The translations under genes and the position numbers were made by a program. The notes beneath the pieces are model-generated. The model ran no database searches, was not told the DNA's origin, and saw only the letters and a list, made by a program, of their open reading frames with translations. DNA of 62,504 nt, counting the filler. It is 4 parts of 4 records of this genome, joined end to end, with 100 filler letters (N's around TTAATTAATTAA, not from the genome) between each part and the next. Parts side by side here need not be neighbours in the genome. Positions count along the whole stretch, not along the records: positions 1 to 22,116 come from SRR31156797_2105; 3 more parts are not named here. One strand, given 5' to 3'. Within the stretch, counting starts at the first letter, position 1. Every line of letters begins with the position of its first letter. Shown here in pieces: positions 10,127-20,469 of the stretch.

Positions 10127-10960
10127 ATGACTGAAACAAAATTCTATAACAATATGACTGTTCTTGACAGTGTTGACAGAGGTAACTTTAAAGCAGAGAT
10201 CCTTCAGTATAACTCTTTAACAGGTAGTAAAAATCCTTCACTTGCAAGGAATCTCTACTATGCACAGAAAGCAGGTATGGCTCTTAAGCAGGTAAAGATC
10301 ACTCTCGATAACAGTGGCGTGATTGTTGAACCCGGTGCTCTTTATTTCCAGAAAGGAAACCTTACCTGTGATGCAAACATAGGTGGCGGCGTCGGTCTTG
10401 CAAAAAAAATGCTGAAAAGTAAACTTACTAATGAATCTGCTTTCAATCCACTTTACAAAGGAACCGGTGAGATATTCCTTGAACCAAGCTACAGTCACTT
10501 TATTCCTGTTACGCTGGACAATGGTTCTATTATTGTTGATAAAGGCATATTCTATTGTTCAGAATCAAGCCTTGAAGTCGGTGTTGCGAGTCAGAAGAAC
10601 ATATCAGCAGGTCTTTTTGGTGGAGAAGGTTGGTTCCAGACAAAAATCAGCGGAACAGGTACATGTATTCTGGAAAGCCCTGTACCCACATGTGAACTGC
10701 TCAAATATAATCTTGATAATGAAAAAGTCCAGGTTGACGGGAACTTTGCTATCCTTAGATCAGAATCCGTTAAGTTCAGCATTGAACGATCCGGTAAAGG
10801 GATTGCAGGCAAACTGACATCTGGCGAAGGTCTCCTGCAGACATTCGAGGGAACAGGTTCTGTATGGCTTGCTCCAACCCAGCCGGTTTATAACACACTT
10901 GTGGCAGGTGGAGTTTCATCACTTGCCGCAGCGCCTTACAACAGGAACAATCCAACATAA
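10127..10960 (+). CDS. AIM24 family protein
   Basis: EPGALYFQKG, GLFGGEGWFQTKISGTG, VDGNFA and SGEGLLQTFEGTGSVW. Confidence 0.85.
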   Translation: MTETKFYNNMTVLDSVDRGNFKAEILQYNSLTGSKNPSLARNLYYAQKAGMALKQVKITLDNSGVIVEPGALYFQKGNLTCDANIGGGVGLAKKMLKSKLTNESAFNPLYKGTGEIFLEPSYSHFIPVTLDNGSIIVDKGIFYCSESSLEVGVASQKNISAGLFGGEGWFQTKISGTGTCILESPVPTCELLKYNLDNEKVQVDGNFAILRSESVKFSIERSGKGIAGKLTSGEGLLQTFEGTGSVWLAPTQPVYNTLVAGGVSSLAAAPYNRNNPT

Positions 10961-11538
10961 AGCGGTAATTTGTTCTTTTTCTTTTATTTTTTATCTTTGT
11001 TTTAATCTTTGCAGAACCTTCTAGATAGGTTTTGAATTTAGAGCTTTGTAGAAATTCTGCAAATTGTAACTTTGGAATCAGCAATTTTTAATACTGCGTA
11101 CTATTCCAATAGTCTGCAGGGTAGTAGTAAAGGAACGCGCCGCATGCGGCGGATGGTCACAATGTTCTTTGTTTGCCAATCATTTTTGCAGAGATGTCAG
11201 AAACACAGAGACGCAGGAGATAATAAGTAAGATCAATCGGAACTCACGAATAACTTAAATCATCCCGAAGGACTCCGGCAAAGCCGGCACGATCCAAAAA
11301 GATAAAAAATCTGTTACATTTGACAGAATAAAATCATGGCTCAACTGGAAAATTATTGTATATTGATCGTATATTGTTACTTCTGGAACCTGAAACCCAG
11401 GCTTTTGCCCCGGTCAAATGTAAAATATACTATAAATGGGATTACAGCTAGAATTTAATCTATAACGAACTGTTAGTTTTTGATTGATCGATTAGGAATT
11501 TATATAATATATATGGAAGATTTTCTTAATAACAAGGG

Positions 11539-12648
11539 TTGATGCAAATGGTGAGAACAGTATTTGAACCATATAATCTGGGTGGAATTGAAGTTAATAA
11601 CAGATTCGTAAGGTCTGCATGCGGATCAGGAATACCAAGTCCAGATGGATATGTAACGGATAATGTAATAGAATGGTATACAAAGCTGGCACAAGGGAAA
11701 GTCGGGATGATCATTACCGGAATGATGGATGTTCTGGATGACGGTAATCTTCCTGAGAGTTTTTTGAGAATAGATAATGATTCCTATATGGAAGGTCTGA
11801 GAAAAGTTACTGATGTAGTCCACAGCAACAATGGTAAGATCATCGCTCAAATAGGAAATCATGGTTCATTGTTATTCTGGGAACCAAAAACTCAGCCACT
11901 TGGTCCTTCAAAAGTAACGGATATTGTAAGTGGAATTACGGCTGAAGAAATGACAAAAAGCAACATCGAAAACATTGTCGAGCAATTTGTAAAAGCAGCA
12001 AGAAGATGTAAGAAAGTTGGGTTCGATGGTGTACAGGTACATGCTGCACATGGCTTTTTGCTTAGTAAATTTTTAAGTCCGTATTACAACAAAAGAAATG
12101 ATGAATATGGCGGAAGTATCGAAAACCGGGCAAAGATCGTTGTGGATGTATTGAAGGCCATTAAAGAAGAATGTGGAAATGATTTCCCTGTATTTCTTAA
12201 GATCAACTGTTCCGACTTCATGAAGAACGATGAGGGTCTCGTCTTTGAAGATAGTAAAAAAGCCTGCAAAATATTATCAGATGCAGGGTATGATGCAATA
12301 GAAATAAGTGGTGGAATACCCGGTACTAAAATTAGTCCGGCCAGATCCGGCACTAAAATCAAAGAATATGAAGCATATCACAAGGAGTTTGCTGAGATTA
12401 TAGCAGAAGAAATAAACACTCCGGTGATTTTAGTAGGCGGTATAAAAAGATTAGAAATAGCAGAAGAAATATTGCAGACCACAAAAATTCAGGCTATTTC
12501 TCTTGCCAGGGCCTTGACCTTTGAACCAAAACTCATCAAAAAATGGCTTGAAGGGGATAAGGAAAAATCAAAATGCTTATCCTGCAACAAGTGTTTTGCT
12601 ACCGAAGGAGAATTGTGCATATTTAATAACCTTGTTTCAAAGATCTAA
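11539..12648 (+). CDS. NADH:flavin oxidoreductase (Old Yellow Enzyme family)
   Basis: NRFVRSA, GFDGVQVHAAHGFLLSKFLSPYYNKRNDEYGGSIENR, VGGI and C-terminal CLSCNKC. The start may be 11542 or 11548. Confidence 0.92.
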   Translation: MMQMVRTVFEPYNLGGIEVNNRFVRSACGSGIPSPDGYVTDNVIEWYTKLAQGKVGMIITGMMDVLDDGNLPESFLRIDNDSYMEGLRKVTDVVHSNNGKIIAQIGNHGSLLFWEPKTQPLGPSKVTDIVSGITAEEMTKSNIENIVEQFVKAARRCKKVGFDGVQVHAAHGFLLSKFLSPYYNKRNDEYGGSIENRAKIVVDVLKAIKEECGNDFPVFLKINCSDFMKNDEGLVFEDSKKACKILSDAGYDAIEISGGIPGTKISPARSGTKIKEYEAYHKEFAEIIAEEINTPVILVGGIKRLEIAEEILQTTKIQAISLARALTFEPKLIKKWLEGDKEKSKCLSCNKCFATEGELCIFNNLVSKI

Positions 12649-12750
12649 TTTGTTCTCATAATTGGAGATTTACTTTTGTAGAAATCTTTGATACCTGGAT
12701 GGTTAAAATATTTGGCTATGTGGTAAGTCTCAGAATTTATGAAACAACCT

Positions 12751-12777
12751 GGGACAATCTCACAAAGTCCCTTTTTT
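12751..12777 (+). terminator. Hairpin plus T-tract downstream of the oxidoreductase
   Basis: GGGAC...GTCCC followed by TTTTTT. Confidence 0.35.
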
Positions 12778-13142
12778 GTTTATTTTCATTAGTGTAATTC
12801 AGCCAGCTGATGTATCTCATTCTCTGTTATAACTTTTAGCATAGCTGTAAGCCTGGTAAATGTTGTAGATCCAGAAAAACACCAGAATAAATGCGGGGAT
12901 CACAAGGTATAATGAGATTATTAAAATGAATGTAATTACAAAATAGTATGATCCTCTTCCCTGCTCCCCATTGTACATCTGCCCAAGTCCGGGGAATACT
13001 AGTGAATATAGGGCTGATTTCCAGGGAAGTAGTGTAAGTTTTTCTTCTTCCTGTTGTTGTATGGTGTAGATTCCTCTTTCTTCTTCCAGAATTGATTCTC
13101 CATAAAAAAGAACACCGGCTTCCTATAACAAAGTTATCGATA

Positions 13143-13559
13143 TCAATTGCGTTTAAGCAGTCCGTTTTTTGCTTTTTCAATAAGCACTGATGCATTTTTC
13201 TGCATGCTTGCAAAGTTGTCAGTAGCTTTGTTTGCATCCTGTGGTTCTTTTTTAGCTTTCCTTCCTTTTCCGAGATACCATGTCAAAAATTCAGTGTACA
13301 GGATGATTCCAATAAGTGTTGACCAGAGCATCAGCAATATATGGAAATTGTTTACAGGGACCATGCCATCTGCAAGAAGCATGTGCTGGATTGAAAGGAA
13401 CGAAATTACTGTTTTCGGCAGTAAAAGGACAAGTATGGTCGGAGTTACAAAAAGAATGACAAGAGCAAGTCTGGAAGACATGTTTATGAGGACAAAGAGC
13501 ACTACTATTGCAAAGAGGGCAAAAAGAATTGCAGATCCTATAAAGGGCAGTATTTCCAT
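13143..13559 (-). CDS. Small membrane protein, last gene of the ABC-permease operon
   Basis: Three hydrophobic helices and a basic tail; 30 bp downstream of the 13590 gene. Confidence 0.7.
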   Translation of the reverse strand: MEILPFIGSAILFALFAIVVLFVLINMSSRLALVILFVTPTILVLLLPKTVISFLSIQHMLLADGMVPVNNFHILLMLWSTLIGIILYTEFLTWYLGKGRKAKKEPQDANKATDNFASMQKNASVLIEKAKNGLLKRN

Positions 13560-13589
13560 CGTACTCTATCCTCATTACAACTTTTTTGT

Positions 13590-15404
13590 TTACTTATATA
13601 TCCTGATTATATATAAATATGCAAAGGCAGGTATTATTGCAATAGTCAGGAACAGAGCTACAAAAGAGGACGTCAGGAATCCTGCTGCTTCCAGTCTTGT
13701 CAGGTCTGCATTCGTCTTTTCCGTCTCCTCATAATTATTCTCTGCAACAGGAACTTCATCGTACACATACTCTTCTGTGTACGGTTCATCATCTTCCATG
13801 GCTTCATCAATATACAGGAAAATTTCCTCTGACTTGGTTTTATCCTTGTTATTATCCTCATCTGTGTAACTGATTACAGTTGCCGGCAGATATATTTCGC
13901 CTGAACTTTTTCCTTTGACTGTATAACTGAATTCCCTGCTTTCCCCTGCATAAAGTGTTCCATGCCACATGTTATCTCCCTGTACATACTCTATTTCTTC
14001 CGGGATCTCTTCACGGAATGAGGTTTCAATTGTTCTGTCACCATCGTTGATGACTTTGATAAACACAGCTATTTCCTCCCCTACAAGCATGTAGCTGGAA
14101 CTGACATCCTTTGTAACGATTAGTTTTGAACCGCTGACATGGAATACCTCTGTGATTTCTTCGGATTCAAGCCTGTAGGTTTCTCCTCCATCTGTCCACA
14201 GTACCTTTGCCGGACTGAATGAGAAATCTCCCGGTTCTGTAGGGGATGCAAAGTATTCTATTGTCTTTGTCTCTCCTGTTCCGATTACCACTGTCCATTC
14301 CGTATCTTCGAGGTTATCCGGTATGAAGGACTCAGGCAGTTCATCGGTAACAGTTACAGCTGTCTGGAAATTGGCTTTGTTTTCCATCGTAATTTTGATC
14401 TGGAAATATTGTTCAGTTCCGAATTCACGGTCTTTCGATGGTTTTTCCATGGAGTTGATCTCTTTTTCAATGGATATGTATGGTTTGATATTTGTCAGTA
14501 CTGTGATTTCTCCGTTGTACTCATTACCTCTGTAATCGTATCCCTGTGCCTTTGAGATGATGCTAATGTTCTTTTCAAGAGGTGAAATCTCTGGTTTCAT
14601 CTGTATCTGGAATTTTGTAGATTTTCCCTGATCAAGAATTGAATGTTGCTGACTGGCCTGTTCCACTGATCCGTCATCACTTTGTGTTGTAAGAATCATT
14701 CCATGAAGTGGAATAGTACCATTATTCTTGACTATGAGTTCATATTCGACATACTCATTTGACTCATAGCTGTCTTTCAGGTTGGCAACATCTATTTTGA
14801 TAACAGGCTCACCTGGTTTAAGCGTCTCTATAAACACTTCTTCTGTGTTTCTTTTCAGATAAACCACATTGATCATAAAATCTTCAGAGAATTTCTGGTT
14901 GTCACCGGAATTGTAGACATCTTCAAAAGTTTCACCGCTGTGTTCAACTGTTATTAGTGCTCCCTCTTCATTAATGTCATCAAGGGTGATACTGTAACTA
15001 TTTCCCGTAAGGGTGTCTCCTGTTCTGAATGCTGTTTTTGGTATATCTGTGACCCATACCAGCTCTGTCTTTTTTTTGTACATCTCAAGCGAGACTCTGC
15101 CGTCATTAATTTCAAGTACCTCGATCCTGAGTTCACTGTTATATGTGTATTCATTATTAAGTCCGGTATCAACTGCAAAGGCCTCTTTGAAAACCGAATT
15201 CCTGTATATAAGAAGGGTGGCTGCATTGTCGCCTGAGCTTAATTCGTGGACTTTGATAGTAAAGCCTTCAAGGTAAGCCCTTTCATTTAGTCCAAGTTCA
15301 TAGGCTCCCTGGAATATCCAGATATCCTCCTCCCTGATGCCCAAAGCATTTGCATTAGCTGTCAGTAGCAGAATAATAATTATCAGGAATAACAGCTTTT
15401 TCAT
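13590..15404 (-). CDS. Secreted, C-terminally anchored cell-surface protein with S-layer-like and DUF11/BatD-like Ig domains
   Basis: Signal peptide MKKLLFLIII...ANA, repeated Ig motifs (I.V.N.G...V.DELP), an acidic linker and a C-terminal TM helix. Confidence 0.75.
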   Translation of the reverse strand: MKKLLFLIIIILLLTANANALGIREEDIWIFQGAYELGLNERAYLEGFTIKVHELSSGDNAATLLIYRNSVFKEAFAVDTGLNNEYTYNSELRIEVLEINDGRVSLEMYKKKTELVWVTDIPKTAFRTGDTLTGNSYSITLDDINEEGALITVEHSGETFEDVYNSGDNQKFSEDFMINVVYLKRNTEEVFIETLKPGEPVIKIDVANLKDSYESNEYVEYELIVKNNGTIPLHGMILTTQSDDGSVEQASQQHSILDQGKSTKFQIQMKPEISPLEKNISIISKAQGYDYRGNEYNGEITVLTNIKPYISIEKEINSMEKPSKDREFGTEQYFQIKITMENKANFQTAVTVTDELPESFIPDNLEDTEWTVVIGTGETKTIEYFASPTEPGDFSFSPAKVLWTDGGETYRLESEEITEVFHVSGSKLIVTKDVSSSYMLVGEEIAVFIKVINDGDRTIETSFREEIPEEIEYVQGDNMWHGTLYAGESREFSYTVKGKSSGEIYLPATVISYTDEDNNKDKTKSEEIFLYIDEAMEDDEPYTEEYVYDEVPVAENNYEETEKTNADLTRLEAAGFLTSSFVALFLTIAIIPAFAYLYIIRIYK

Positions 15405-15437
15405 TGGCATTAACTATCATCTATGTATTATTATGTT

Positions 15438-16538
15438 TTAAATGTTGTCTGGGTCTTTTCTAACTGTTATTATCATTGCCAGATACAGGAAAACCCCTGT
15501 CAGGATGTATATAATAATCCATAGTCCGGATTCCATTGAACCGATGCTTTCGATAGAAAGTCTTGTCACAAGGTTAAGTGGGGAGTTTGTAAACAGGTAG
15601 GATGACATAAACAGGAATATCAATATGAGTGAATAGAGCAACTGTGCAATTCCCCTATCCTTGAATAGTACGGAAATAATAGTACTTGCCATTACAAGTA
15701 TGAAGGCAATTATCGTAACTACTAACAGGATTTGTATAGGGTTGTGTATGGATACCCTGTTCATGGATAATAGCAACATCCACGCTAAGGACTGCAGGGG
15801 TACTATCAATGTTGCAAGGAATGCTTTACCACTGATAATTTCTATCATGGATACCGGTGACACAAGAAGCATGTCCATTGTCTTGCGTTCATATTCCTCT
15901 GTAATGAAATCAACTATCAGCCCTCCTGATATGAAAGCAGGCGTAAATACAAGCAAAGGAAGGAGGGCTACGTATATGAACTCAAAGTAAGTGGAAGTTG
16001 TCGTTATTCCTCTTTTAATGATATTGACATCTATTGGCGAGTATCCGGGCAGCCTCTGTGTCCTTATGTCTCTTACGCTCTGCTCATATTTCTCCAGTGG
16101 TTCCTTGAGCTGCAGGGAAACCACAGTTGCCTTGATTTCAGATTTTGGAAGGTATATGTCCACGTTGAGCAGGTCCGTTCCCTGGGAGAACCCAACCGGG
16201 GTTACGATTATCGCATCTATCTTCCGCTCATAGAAATCTACGTATGCAGGCTTAAAATCATTATAAAGGTAAGTCTGGAGATTGCTTGCTTCCAGCATTT
16301 TGTAAAGTTCATCCTCACTAGTTCCAACAACAGCAATGGATGTTCCTTCAAGTTCCACACTTCCAAGGGTACTGGGGTCGTAGAATGATGTAAGTCCTAT
16401 CACTAGGAATGTCGAGAATGATGCAATAAAAAGCTGGATTATTATGGCAAGTATGAACGTTTTCTCCTTCATGAGTTCCTTGAACTCTTTTCTTGCCACT
16501 GTTCTCATTTTCATGAAGGAATTATTCAGTTTACTCAC
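15438..16538 (-). CDS. ABC-2 type transporter permease
   Basis: VARKEFKEL and ITEEYERKTMDMLLVSPVS...GK; multiple TM helices. Confidence 0.88.
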   Translation of the reverse strand: MSKLNNSFMKMRTVARKEFKELMKEKTFILAIIIQLFIASFSTFLVIGLTSFYDPSTLGSVELEGTSIAVVGTSEDELYKMLEASNLQTYLYNDFKPAYVDFYERKIDAIIVTPVGFSQGTDLLNVDIYLPKSEIKATVVSLQLKEPLEKYEQSVRDIRTQRLPGYSPIDVNIIKRGITTTSTYFEFIYVALLPLLVFTPAFISGGLIVDFITEEYERKTMDMLLVSPVSMIEIISGKAFLATLIVPLQSLAWMLLLSMNRVSIHNPIQILLVVTIIAFILVMASTIISVLFKDRGIAQLLYSLILIFLFMSSYLFTNSPLNLVTRLSIESIGSMESGLWIIIYILTGVFLYLAMIITVRKDPDNI

Positions 16539-18346
16539 GCAAGCAACCCCCTGAGAATGATCATGTTGTACAGACTATGGAAAAGGGTTGCAAGTACCAC
16601 AGATACCAGATAATAGCGGGTTCCTTTTTTGTACATCACCAGGGAACTGATGAGTACTGTTGTGATATGGAGGAACAATGGAATCAGCAGCAAAGCACCC
16701 ATGGTCATTACAGAACCGAATGCCGAACTTGCTATCGGTGCCAGTGTCAGGACAGTGACGGCCTTCTCTCCTACAAAGAAACCCGCACCTGAATATATTG
16801 AATATTTAATTGCATTTTTCAGTGTAATGTCCGCTATCTTCCTCTTAAACAGTGTATATATACCTACTGTTTTTACAAGTTCTTCCGCCATTGCAGAGAG
16901 AAGTATCATAGCAATGATAGAATATGGCAGAGGCAGGTTGAAAAGCATGACAATGAGCATCAACTGTGTCATGTAGACGAAAGGAATGAATATGATACTC
17001 AGGAGGAACACAGATCCATATGGGTATGAAAGGAAAAGATCAAAACAATCTACTATCTTTCCTGTAATCGATTTCTGAGTGAACAGGTCCTCTTCCCTGA
17101 AAATAAAGGTTCCAAAGGCATAGACTGAGAGTGCCACGAAATAGAATGGCAGGGTAGAGAAAAGGTAGGTATTTGTAAGTACTGTTTCTCCTTCAATAAG
17201 CCGGACGATAAGGGTTATCGGGGAAATGGAACTAATGGCATGGATATTTGCAAACATTGCAGGGAAGAACAGGTATCCTGATATTATTACGGACAGGAAA
17301 ACACTTGCAAATGTAAGTTCCTTGAAGCTTCTTGATAGTATTGCGCTGTAGAATGAAAGCGCGAAGAATAGCAGTACTACCGGGAAAATAGCTGCAAGTA
17401 TAAGGAATGCTCTTTCAAGACCGCTGAAACTTGAAGGCACTCCGAGTATGTAAAAAGTAATTGCAGTCTGGATAAGCATTGTGAGCAGGATATATGGAAC
17501 AGTTTTGCCTATCACGACATCTCTTCCCCGAAGCGGTGCTGCAAGTACCAGCTCTCCTTTCTTATTTGTACGTTCATCCATGAGGCTGGTGGAGTAAAAC
17601 TGTGAGATGAAATATATCGGGAATATAAATAGGAATGCGTAAAGTATTGCTGTAAAGGGTATAGGTGGTGAGAAATTGGATGGCGTTGAAATGGTCTGTT
17701 TCTCAAAGAAAGTCTTTCCCTGCATTTCATCAAGGGCAGCGATTTCTTCAGGGGAAATGGTAGAAGATCCTGCTTTAACAGAACCACTACTTCCGGCCTC
17801 TCCTTCTGAGTCGATTCCTGGGACATTCCTCAGGCCAGAAATGTTTGTTCCACTTCTTATATTTTCGACCGTGTCCTCAGCACCTGCCAGCTGGAAATTC
17901 TGCGGTCTTTCAAGGTCGTGAACAGTTACCCATACAGGATGACTGTTGTTAACATCATTATATGCAGTAAGCACCAGTTCACGATAGGTCTTGAATGTAT
18001 TTTCAAGTGCATCTCCTGCAGCAGCTGATTTTCTTGTATCGCTAAGATATACATTGTTGCCGATTATTGCCAGGTCGGCATTGTATTCGTAATAGGTGCT
18101 TGCAGTAAAACGGTCAACTAAGATATAATCAAATCTCTGGTCCGTTTCGATAATGGGTCTGACATCTGGCTGGGAAGTGGCGGCAAGATATATTTTCTGA
18201 TTCATGCTCATGCCTGTCTGGGCTGCGGCATAGGAAACAATTATCACTAATATCAGAGATAAGCTAAGCATAATCATTGATCGGATATCGAATTTAAGTT
18301 TTGATCTTAGAAATTCCCATTTTGCAATAGTAAGCCAGCCTGCCAT
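16535..18346 (-). CDS. ABC-2 permease fused to a C-terminal PrsW-like intramembrane metalloprotease domain
   Basis: IAKWE and DERTNKKGELVLAAP..GK (permease); AEELVK, GFFVGE, LH and HSLYN (PrsW motifs). Confidence 0.75.
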   Translation of the reverse strand: MAGWLTIAKWEFLRSKLKFDIRSMIMLSLSLILVIIVSYAAAQTGMSMNQKIYLAATSQPDVRPIIETDQRFDYILVDRFTASTYYEYNADLAIIGNNVYLSDTRKSAAAGDALENTFKTYRELVLTAYNDVNNSHPVWVTVHDLERPQNFQLAGAEDTVENIRSGTNISGLRNVPGIDSEGEAGSSGSVKAGSSTISPEEIAALDEMQGKTFFEKQTISTPSNFSPPIPFTAILYAFLFIFPIYFISQFYSTSLMDERTNKKGELVLAAPLRGRDVVIGKTVPYILLTMLIQTAITFYILGVPSSFSGLERAFLILAAIFPVVLLFFALSFYSAILSRSFKELTFASVFLSVIISGYLFFPAMFANIHAISSISPITLIVRLIEGETVLTNTYLFSTLPFYFVALSVYAFGTFIFREEDLFTQKSITGKIVDCFDLFLSYPYGSVFLLSIIFIPFVYMTQLMLIVMLFNLPLPYSIIAMILLSAMAEELVKTVGIYTLFKRKIADITLKNAIKYSIYSGAGFFVGEKAVTVLTLAPIASSAFGSVMTMGALLLIPLFLHITTVLISSLVMYKKGTRYYLVSVVLATLFHSLYNMIILRGLLA

Positions 18347-18473
18347 CTCATTTTATTACGAGCTTATTATATTAATAGATATTTCTGGGTGGTTATATAT
18401 TTACAAAGGGTTTTATGCAGGTACTTGTCTACATTCATACACGTATTTCTAATAAAAATGAGAGCGTGGTAGA

Positions 18474-19283
18474 ATGGCAGATATTTTAGCTCAGACTATA
18501 CCTTATACAGATGTAACAGTGGCACAGATTGTGTTTGCTGTGGTAGTACTGATAGCTGGTCTTGTAGTTGCCGGAATACTTTCCGGTATATTCAGAAAAG
18601 GCCTGCACAAAACAAAACTTCCTGACCTTGTGATCGAGTTCCTCGTCCGTTTCCTGAAAGCATTGATGTATGTGGCAGTGTTACTTGCAGTTGTAGCTGC
18701 ACTTGGCATAGATATCAGTTCCGTGGTCGTAGGTCTTTCAGCGGTAATAGGCCTGGTTCTTGGATTTGGTATGCAGGACTCACTGAACAACCTGGCTGCA
18801 GGTGTGTGGATAGCATCCCTGAGGCCACTTGATAAGGGTGAATATGTGACGGTAAATGGTCTTTCAGGTACCGTTCATGCAGTAGGTATCATGGCAACAG
18901 AACTCATGACTCCTGATAATCAGTTCATTACGGTTCCTAATAAAATAGTATGGGGGAGTCCAATAGTGAATTCAACCCGTATGCCAATCCGTAGGGTAGA
19001 TGTGGATGTAGGTGTAGGTTATTCTGAGGATATCCCTAGGGCGATCCAGGTGGCTCTTGACGTCATCAAGCAGGATTCCCGTGTGTTGTCCAACCCTGCT
19101 CCGGCAGTAGTGACAACTGCTCTGGCAGATTCATCGGTGAACCTGCAACTGCGTTCCTGGACGAAAACAGAGGACTACTGGGCGGTTAAGAATGACATTA
19201 CTATAGCTATACATGCAGTCTACGGTAAGGAAGGTATTGAGATACCATTCCCTCAGTTGGATGTACATATGACAAAAGAATAA
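18474..19283 (+). CDS. mscS: Small-conductance mechanosensitive channel
   Basis: GLVLGFGMQDSLNNLAAG, VPNK and GIEIPFPQLDV. Confidence 0.93.
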   Translation: MADILAQTIPYTDVTVAQIVFAVVVLIAGLVVAGILSGIFRKGLHKTKLPDLVIEFLVRFLKALMYVAVLLAVVAALGIDISSVVVGLSAVIGLVLGFGMQDSLNNLAAGVWIASLRPLDKGEYVTVNGLSGTVHAVGIMATELMTPDNQFITVPNKIVWGSPIVNSTRMPIRRVDVDVGVGYSEDIPRAIQVALDVIKQDSRVLSNPAPAVVTTALADSSVNLQLRSWTKTEDYWAVKNDITIAIHAVYGKEGIEIPFPQLDVHMTKE

Positions 19284-19426
19284 AGCTTGATGCATAGTTG
19301 TTCCCAACTATGCTCTATTCTTTTTTTTGAATTACAATTATTGTTACTATTACAGATGCAGTTTGAATTACTGTTCTACTTATAATTATAACATGGTTTA
19401 TATATAGTAACGAATATAGGCGTATT

Positions 19427-20341
19427 GTGGAACCCGGTATAATCGAAGTTAACGGACTAAGGAAAGAATACGGTGATTTTGTTGCTGTTGATAATCTTTC
19501 ATTTTCAATTGCCAGAGGCCAAATTTTCGGTATTGTAGGTCCAAATGGTGCCGGAAAGACAACAACTCTGAAAATGCTTAGCACTCTCATAAGGCCGACT
19601 TCTGGTTCCATTTATATGAAAGGCCTGGATGTATCTACGAATGCCGTTGAAATTAAGTCCTTCCTTGGTTTTCTTCCTGAAGAATCTCCTCTCTATGAGG
19701 GCATGACAGTAGATGATTATCTTATGTTCTTTGCCGAGCTGTATAGTGTTCCAAAGGACCGTGCGAAGAAGCGGATACGAGATCTTCTTTTTGATCTTGC
19801 TCTAAATGCTGAGGGTAAGAAAATAGGTGATCTTTCAAAGGGTATGAAACGTAAAGTTGCAATAGCCCGATCGCTTATCAATGACCCGGATATACTGATC
19901 TATGATGAGCCTGCATCCGGTCTGGATCCAATGACTTCTCGTTATATCACTGACTATGTTCGTTCGTTAAAAAAATCAGGAAAGACCATTATATTCAGCG
20001 CCCACAATCTCTTCCAGGTGGAGAGCCTCTGTGACAGGATTCTGATCATAAAGAATGGGAAACTGGTAACCCTGGGCAGTGCCGAAGAAATAAGGACTGA
20101 ATATGGTAAAATACAGTATCGTCTTGAGTTTAAGGTTGGCAATATAGAGGAGTATACCATTGCAGATGTTAAGGAAGCAGATGGGAACTATATTGTCATC
20201 ACTAATGATATCGATGTGGTCAACCGGACAACCAAGTGGGTTGCGTCTGAAAGCGGAGATATCGTTGAGATGCGTACCATTGTTCCGTCACTTGAGGAGA
20301 TTTTCCTTGAATTGATGGGTGTCGAGCTTTTCGTTGACTGA
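19427..20341 (+). CDS. ABC transporter ATP-binding protein (NatA/CcmA-like)
   Basis: GPNGAGKTT, LSKGMKRK, DEPASGLDP and C-terminal PSLEEIFL. Confidence 0.93.
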   Translation: MEPGIIEVNGLRKEYGDFVAVDNLSFSIARGQIFGIVGPNGAGKTTTLKMLSTLIRPTSGSIYMKGLDVSTNAVEIKSFLGFLPEESPLYEGMTVDDYLMFFAELYSVPKDRAKKRIRDLLFDLALNAEGKKIGDLSKGMKRKVAIARSLINDPDILIYDEPASGLDPMTSRYITDYVRSLKKSGKTIIFSAHNLFQVESLCDRILIIKNGKLVTLGSAEEIRTEYGKIQYRLEFKVGNIEEYTIADVKEADGNYIVITNDIDVVNRTTKWVASESGDIVEMRTIVPSLEEIFLELMGVELFVD

Positions 20342-20409
20342 TTTTTGTTAACTGATTTCTGTTGATAATTATTCTATGTTTTTTTATGTGGACATCTTTT
20401 TATTAATTA

Positions 20410-20438
20410 GTTGCGTATGCAATAGTTGCAATCGCAAC
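20410..20438. promoter_or_regulatory. Two tandem TTGC-N4-GCAA palindromes, probable MarR operator
   Basis: GTTGCGTATGCAAT and GTTGCAATCGCAAC, 15 bp apart, about 30 bp before the marR start. Confidence 0.6.
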
Positions 20439-20469
20439 AATATTTAATCAGACTGATAGGTAAGCTCCC

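Noticed and set aside
12999-13103. 34-codon minus-strand ORF MENQFWKKKEE...
   Set aside because: Too short, with no ribosome-binding or homology evidence available from the sequence alone.
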